A stretch of 64,000 nucleotides of DNA from Cyanophora paradoxa CCMP329 (Eukaryota; Plantae; Glaucophyta): NCBI GenBank assembly GCA_004431415.1, contig QPMI01000544.1, positions 111,917 to 175,916 of the forward strand. The letters are read 5' to 3'. This document shows, piece by piece, positions 59,724 through 64,000 of this stretch (within the stretch, counting starts at the first letter, position 1; each line of letters begins with the position of its first letter). The position numbers and the translations under genes were made by a program. The notes beneath the pieces are model-generated. The model had not been told where the DNA came from, searched no databases, and saw only the letters and a list, made by a program, of their open reading frames with translations.

Positions 59724-61603
59724 TTAAGACGCGCTTCCGCCCTTGGTCTCCTCCTTTATCATCGCTTCAGGTCGCGCATAAGTCGACTCAGGCGAGCGAA
59801 GTCGACCCGAAGCCCTCCTGCATTTTAACGGTGAGCTGGGAGAGGAAGAGCACGGTCGCGCGATCGATTTCGAGCAGGGTCTTCTGGTCCTTGGGGTACG
59901 GTAATCGTTGAATGCTGTTGTCGAGCGCGCGAATGAAGGCCTGCAGCTCCTTCGGCTCCTTGATTCGTTTAACCGCAGCTCCTGGCCAAGAGCGAGGCCA
60001 TTTCGCGCGCCTCCGAGGGTCGTACACACCCAAAAATCGGAGCCCAGCTCGCCCTCCAGCCGATTAATTCGGTTGCGCAGCTGGCTCGCCTCGTCGCCCA
60101 CGTCTCGACGCCCCAGTCGTAGATCTGTTGCGAGAGCTCCGCGATGAACTGTATGGTGTCGGTCGCCCAGTCGACGGGTACTTGAAAAAGTTCTTCACGA
60201 TTTCTTCCGCGCTGCGCCGTTGATGATATCCACGTCACTGCGCGATGGCGCCGCGAGATGGACAGGCAAGTCCGCCACCGTGCCGATCCTCATTTCGTGA
60301 GGCGCTCAGGGCGGACGACATGCCCGTCTGAAGGCAAAGAGCCGACCGTCATGATATCTGATCGCGGAACGTATCGAAGACTCGGCCTCCCCTACTTGCC
60401 CTGCGAGAGCGCCTGGTAGGCAGAGCAGGCCGCCGCCGTCGCCAGCCAGGCCCGCCGCCGCGCCCGCCCGCCGCATGGCCCGCGAGCCCGTACCCCCAGC
60501 CCGGCGCCCACCAAGTCGATGCCCGCCCCCTGAAATAAATCGGCTGCCCCGAAAGACATGCCGTCGTTGTTCGCCGTACCCGCGCGAGAAGAGGTCTCGC
60601 GCTGAAGGCCTCCTTGGCCACCCCGGGCCGCCTGGCCCTCGGGCGCCCCAGGAAGGCGTCGCGCTGCTCTTTGGTGGTGAATCGCTCGAGGTCGAAATCG
60701 GCAGGGCGTCGGCGGTGGCGCGGTTCCAGTCGCCGTAGGGCATGAGGGCGTTGCGCAAATAACGTCCGAGTCGCCCATCACGCGCCTGTCGAGCGTCTGA
60801 AAACGCCCTCGGAGGGCAGGCGAGCCGTGCCCGGGCGCATTTCCTCTACGGAAACGTCGTCCTCTCCGCGAGGTGATGTCGTCCGGGCTGGCCAGCCCAC
60901 GCCCGCGCCCTCATCGGCGTAGGCCCTTCCCCTTCGTTTAACATTGATTGGCCTCCCGTTTCAATGCTTGGTACTCTGTCTCTACCTTGGTCTTTCTTGC
61001 CTCTTCCTCTGCCGCCTTGCGCTCTGCGATCTTCCGCCTCTGCTCTTCTATCTCGGCGTTGCGTCTCGCCGCGTTCTCCTTGCTTGCTGCTTCCGCTCTT
61101 CGATCACCCTGTTTGCGTACTCCTTGTCCGCTTGGGCCTTTCTGTAGCGCTCCTCGATCTGACTCTTGGCCTCGTCTCCTCTCTTCCTTAGATCGCCCAT
61201 GAATGCCGTCGTATCTATGTGAATCTTGTATTTGGCGGGTGGGTGCTCACGTTTGAAGGCCTCCAGATCGCGCACCATGGCATCGTACTGCGCGAGCCCC
61301 TCCGCTGGAATGATGGCTCTTCGCATTTCCCAAAATTTGCTCAGCTTGCCCACGTAATCGACCATGGAGAGGTACGCGCTCTGTGCGCCCGCGCTCACCG
61401 TTTTCGGATTGGCTCGCAGCTCTGCCAAAAACTCCCCTTTTGTATCCGGTACAGTGACCATTCGAGGGCTCCCCGCCACAGGCTCGCTTCCGTCCGCAGT
61501 TCTCGTGCATCTCCTCCACGTCGCCGTATGCTATCCAGATGGCATCGCTGATGGGCCTCTGAACAGCCTGACGCTCAAAGTTTTTCCACTTCTCATCGGC
61601 CAT
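59724..61603 (-). CDS. Large frameshifted hypothetical viral protein(s) with coiled coil
   Basis: Consecutive minus-strand ORF pieces from MADEKWKNFE to EETKGGSAS. Confidence 0.5.
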
Positions 61604-61608
61604 CTTTC

Positions 61609-63714
61609 TCCTCAGTTCTTCGGCGTCTTTCTGACCCTTCCCGTCAGCTGATCCATAACGTAGCTAAAGTCGCGCATGTTCTCTTCCATGGCGCGGAGCC
61701 TGTCCCCGATGCATTTCCTTCTTTCAGTCTTTTGAGCTCCGAGCGGTAAAAATCCATCTGCGCCCCCCTGAACGTCTCCAGTCGTCGCTTACGCTCCGCT
61801 ACCTTCGGCTCCTCCAGCCGTGCAAATTCCTCGTCTGATGCAGTTTGCATTGCCTTCAGTCGTTCCTCTTCTGTCTTGGCAGCTGCCTCCTCGTCCGCCC
61901 TGCGCCGCTGCTCTAACGCGTCGAAGAGGGCCCTCTGATCCTCGAGCGTGAGGCCAATGAGCTTTCCACCTGGTCGCTCCTACCCAGCCGCGCGAAGGGC
62001 AGCCTCTCGGCGGCCGGCCTCGATCGATCGGGCCTCGGCGTCGTCTGCGTCTCGGCCGTCCCCATGGGCGAGCGAGCCTCTGCCGTGGCCGCGTACTTGA
62101 GCAGCCTCTGTGCCAGCTCGTCCGCGTTGGCCTTGAATTTTTTCGACTGCTCGTCCGCGCGCTCGGCGGCCTCCTTTAAATTTTTGATTTCCTCCCGGAG
62201 CCTGTTCGCCTCCTGCACCGCCCCCGTTTGCAGCTCTCCTGCCTTTCTCCTCGTTTCCTCTTCCTCTTCCAGCAGCTGCCTTCTCGTCTCTGCCTCCTTT
62301 TCCAATTTCTTCTTCCTATCCTCGATCTCTTTCCTCTGCGCCTCAAGCAGCTCGGTGCCTGCGGTCAGCGCTTCAATTTCCTGCAGCTTTTTCGCCTTGG
62401 CGGCTTCCCTTTGCTCGTTTATCCTCTTCAGCTCCTCCTCGGCGTCGAGTATCTTTTCGTGCGCTCTTCCGCGACCTGGCGCTCTGCCGACCTTAGCGCG
62501 GTGAGGGCGCTCTCTTCCTGCCTTTGCGCGTCTGTCATCAGCTTGTTCGCTTCCGCCTTCTTCTCCGCGACCTCTGTCATTTCCTTGTCTTTCAGCTCGC
62601 TCCATTGCTTCTTTTCGTTCTCGAGTTTGTAGTACTCGCGCTGCGCGTCCTCGGTATCGAATTTAATGGGGGTCTCGCGTTCAGCTCGTCGATTTGCCTC
62701 ACGAACCCCTTCCGATCCTTGTAGTATTTGATGCCGCCTACGATGAGGGCGCCCCCGAAGATGGCCGTTGAAGTGGCGAGGCCTGCTACCTTATCCATGC
62801 CTCCCCGCCTGAGCCGCCGCCACCCGAGCCGCTGCTGCCCCGCCCCCGCCCACTGGCGTGCCGCTGGAGCCCCCTCCGCCCCCCGTGCCTGTACCCCACC
62901 CCCGGTGCCTGTACCCCCACCCCCGGTGCCTGTACCCCCACCTCCCGTGCTTCCACCACCCGTACCCCACCCGGAATCGCACCCGGCACCTTGGGCCCGC
63001 CGATGATGTCGTCGTACAGGTGGCGGTGCGCCCAGTCCGTGATGTCGGCCTTCACGTGCGGGTGCTTGACGAGGGCGTACCTCTCGTCGTGGAAGTGGTC
63101 CTTCAGCGCCCAGTTCTGCGTCTTCGCCCAGTCCGAGCGATCGGGGAGCACGTCGGGCGCCGTTGGATGCGGCCCCCGCCCGTCGTCCGCGTCTCGCCCG
63201 TCCTGTCGGCGCTCAGGGCGCGGATGTTGACCTTGAAGTGGTCGAACCACGCGAAAAACTCCTCCCTGTCGCGCCTGTACTGCTCGGCTCCATGCTCGGC
63301 AGCGCCTGGCGGCTCCAGTAGATGTGGCGCAGGGGCCCGCGATGCGCTCGAGTGCGTTGTACCCGGCCTCACGTCTCCCTCTGCCCCTTTAGAGTCAGTT
63401 TCACGAGGTTCAGGTGGCATCCTTTGCGGTGACCGAGTTTGCGATTTTCACGTCGGCCGCCCTCTTAATAATGTTCCAGTCACGCCCGTCTCGGTCGTCA
63501 CGCCCCAGAGCCCCTTGATAATTGCGGTGAGGTCACCGTAATCGTCCAAGGCCGACGGACGTCAGGAAATCGCTGTAGTCGCCCTGCGCAGCCTATATCT
63601 CATCCGCGTAAATTCCCCTCACGCTCAGGCTCCCGTCTATCGCGAAGGCACCGTTCAGCACCTCGTCCGGATTCGGGATGGCCATGCGCCAGGGGTCGTC
63701 GAGGCATCGACATT
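61609..63714 (-). CDS. Frameshifted protein(s): phage-tail-like His repeats, Gly linker, TM helix, long coiled coil
   Basis: DHFHDERY..HPHVKADITDWAHRH; 21-bp Gly-Thr repeats at ~62885-62945; AIFGGALIVGGIKYY; E/K/R-rich heptads. Confidence 0.55.
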
Positions 63715-64000
63715 TTATCCGCGAGAGAGAAAAATTAACTAATGCTCCCGTCCCACGTCCACTTCAGCTTGCCGCTCACCTCGCCCGTTGTCCAGCGGCC
63801 CACGGGCACCTGCCAGAAAACGTCGGCGTAGGGGTAATCGGGCCTGATAGTGATCTGCTCGTCACGCAGCCAGCGGTAGGCCTCGGAGGCGTCGCGATCT
63901 TTGGCTCCAGTATTCCCCACCCGTGCCGTTCGGCAGCGAGTACCCCTCCTTGCTACCCGTACCCTGTAAAAGTGATCGCCCCATTAGCGTGTCTACCCCC

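Larger units (their letters stand above)
50460..64000. mobile_element. Endogenous DNA-virus-like element (Polinton-like virus/virophage-type candidate), left part only
   Basis: Abrupt switch to dense, essentially intronless ORFs with AAATG starts (53473, 54637, 55340, 55380, 58571, 63714). Contains HNH, FN3/Gly-rich, S74 chaperone and tail-repeat proteins. No capsid, ATPase or polymerase recognised in the window. Confidence 0.75.

Noticed and set aside
50460-64000. Contaminating bacterial prophage
   Set aside because: Not favoured: AAATG start context, no consistent Shine-Dalgarno motifs, a splice-acceptor-like site and a clean junction at host (TA)n. It cannot be fully excluded without reads.

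Overview
Eukaryotic nuclear DNA from a GC-rich, intron-dense flagellated alga. Transit-peptide-like N-termini (MAFVSGVP, MQPAFVSA, MAFM) plus a radial-spoke gene suggest a glaucophyte such as Cyanophora (inference). Compact gene islands (0.8-4.7 kb and 22-43 kb) contain RSPH14, a formate/nitrite transporter fused to PAS-like domains, two tRNA-Thr(AGU) genes, a NUDT5-like Nudix hydrolase, MBF1, TraB, RBM18 and an LRR-RING E3. They alternate with repeat zones: a hAT-like element holding two related ~160-bp satellites in opposite orientation, a WD40/Ser-Pro/TM gene, a pseudogene copy of the PAS exons, a CACTG MITE, LINE relics and an intron-containing pogo transposase. From ~50.46 kb to the window end lies an almost intronless, frameshifted endogenous DNA-virus-like element (HNH, FN3/Gly-rich, S74 tail-fibre chaperone, phage-tail repeats, GGGACTT arrays). 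The most unusual signal is a recurrent insertion type, X -> X-revcomp(X)-X, visible by comparing duplicated segments, which appears to saturate unconstrained DNA with short palindromes. Also notable are frequent GC-AG introns with GYNCG donors and a very abundant GTACCC motif. Gene models were spliced by eye, so boundaries are approximate.
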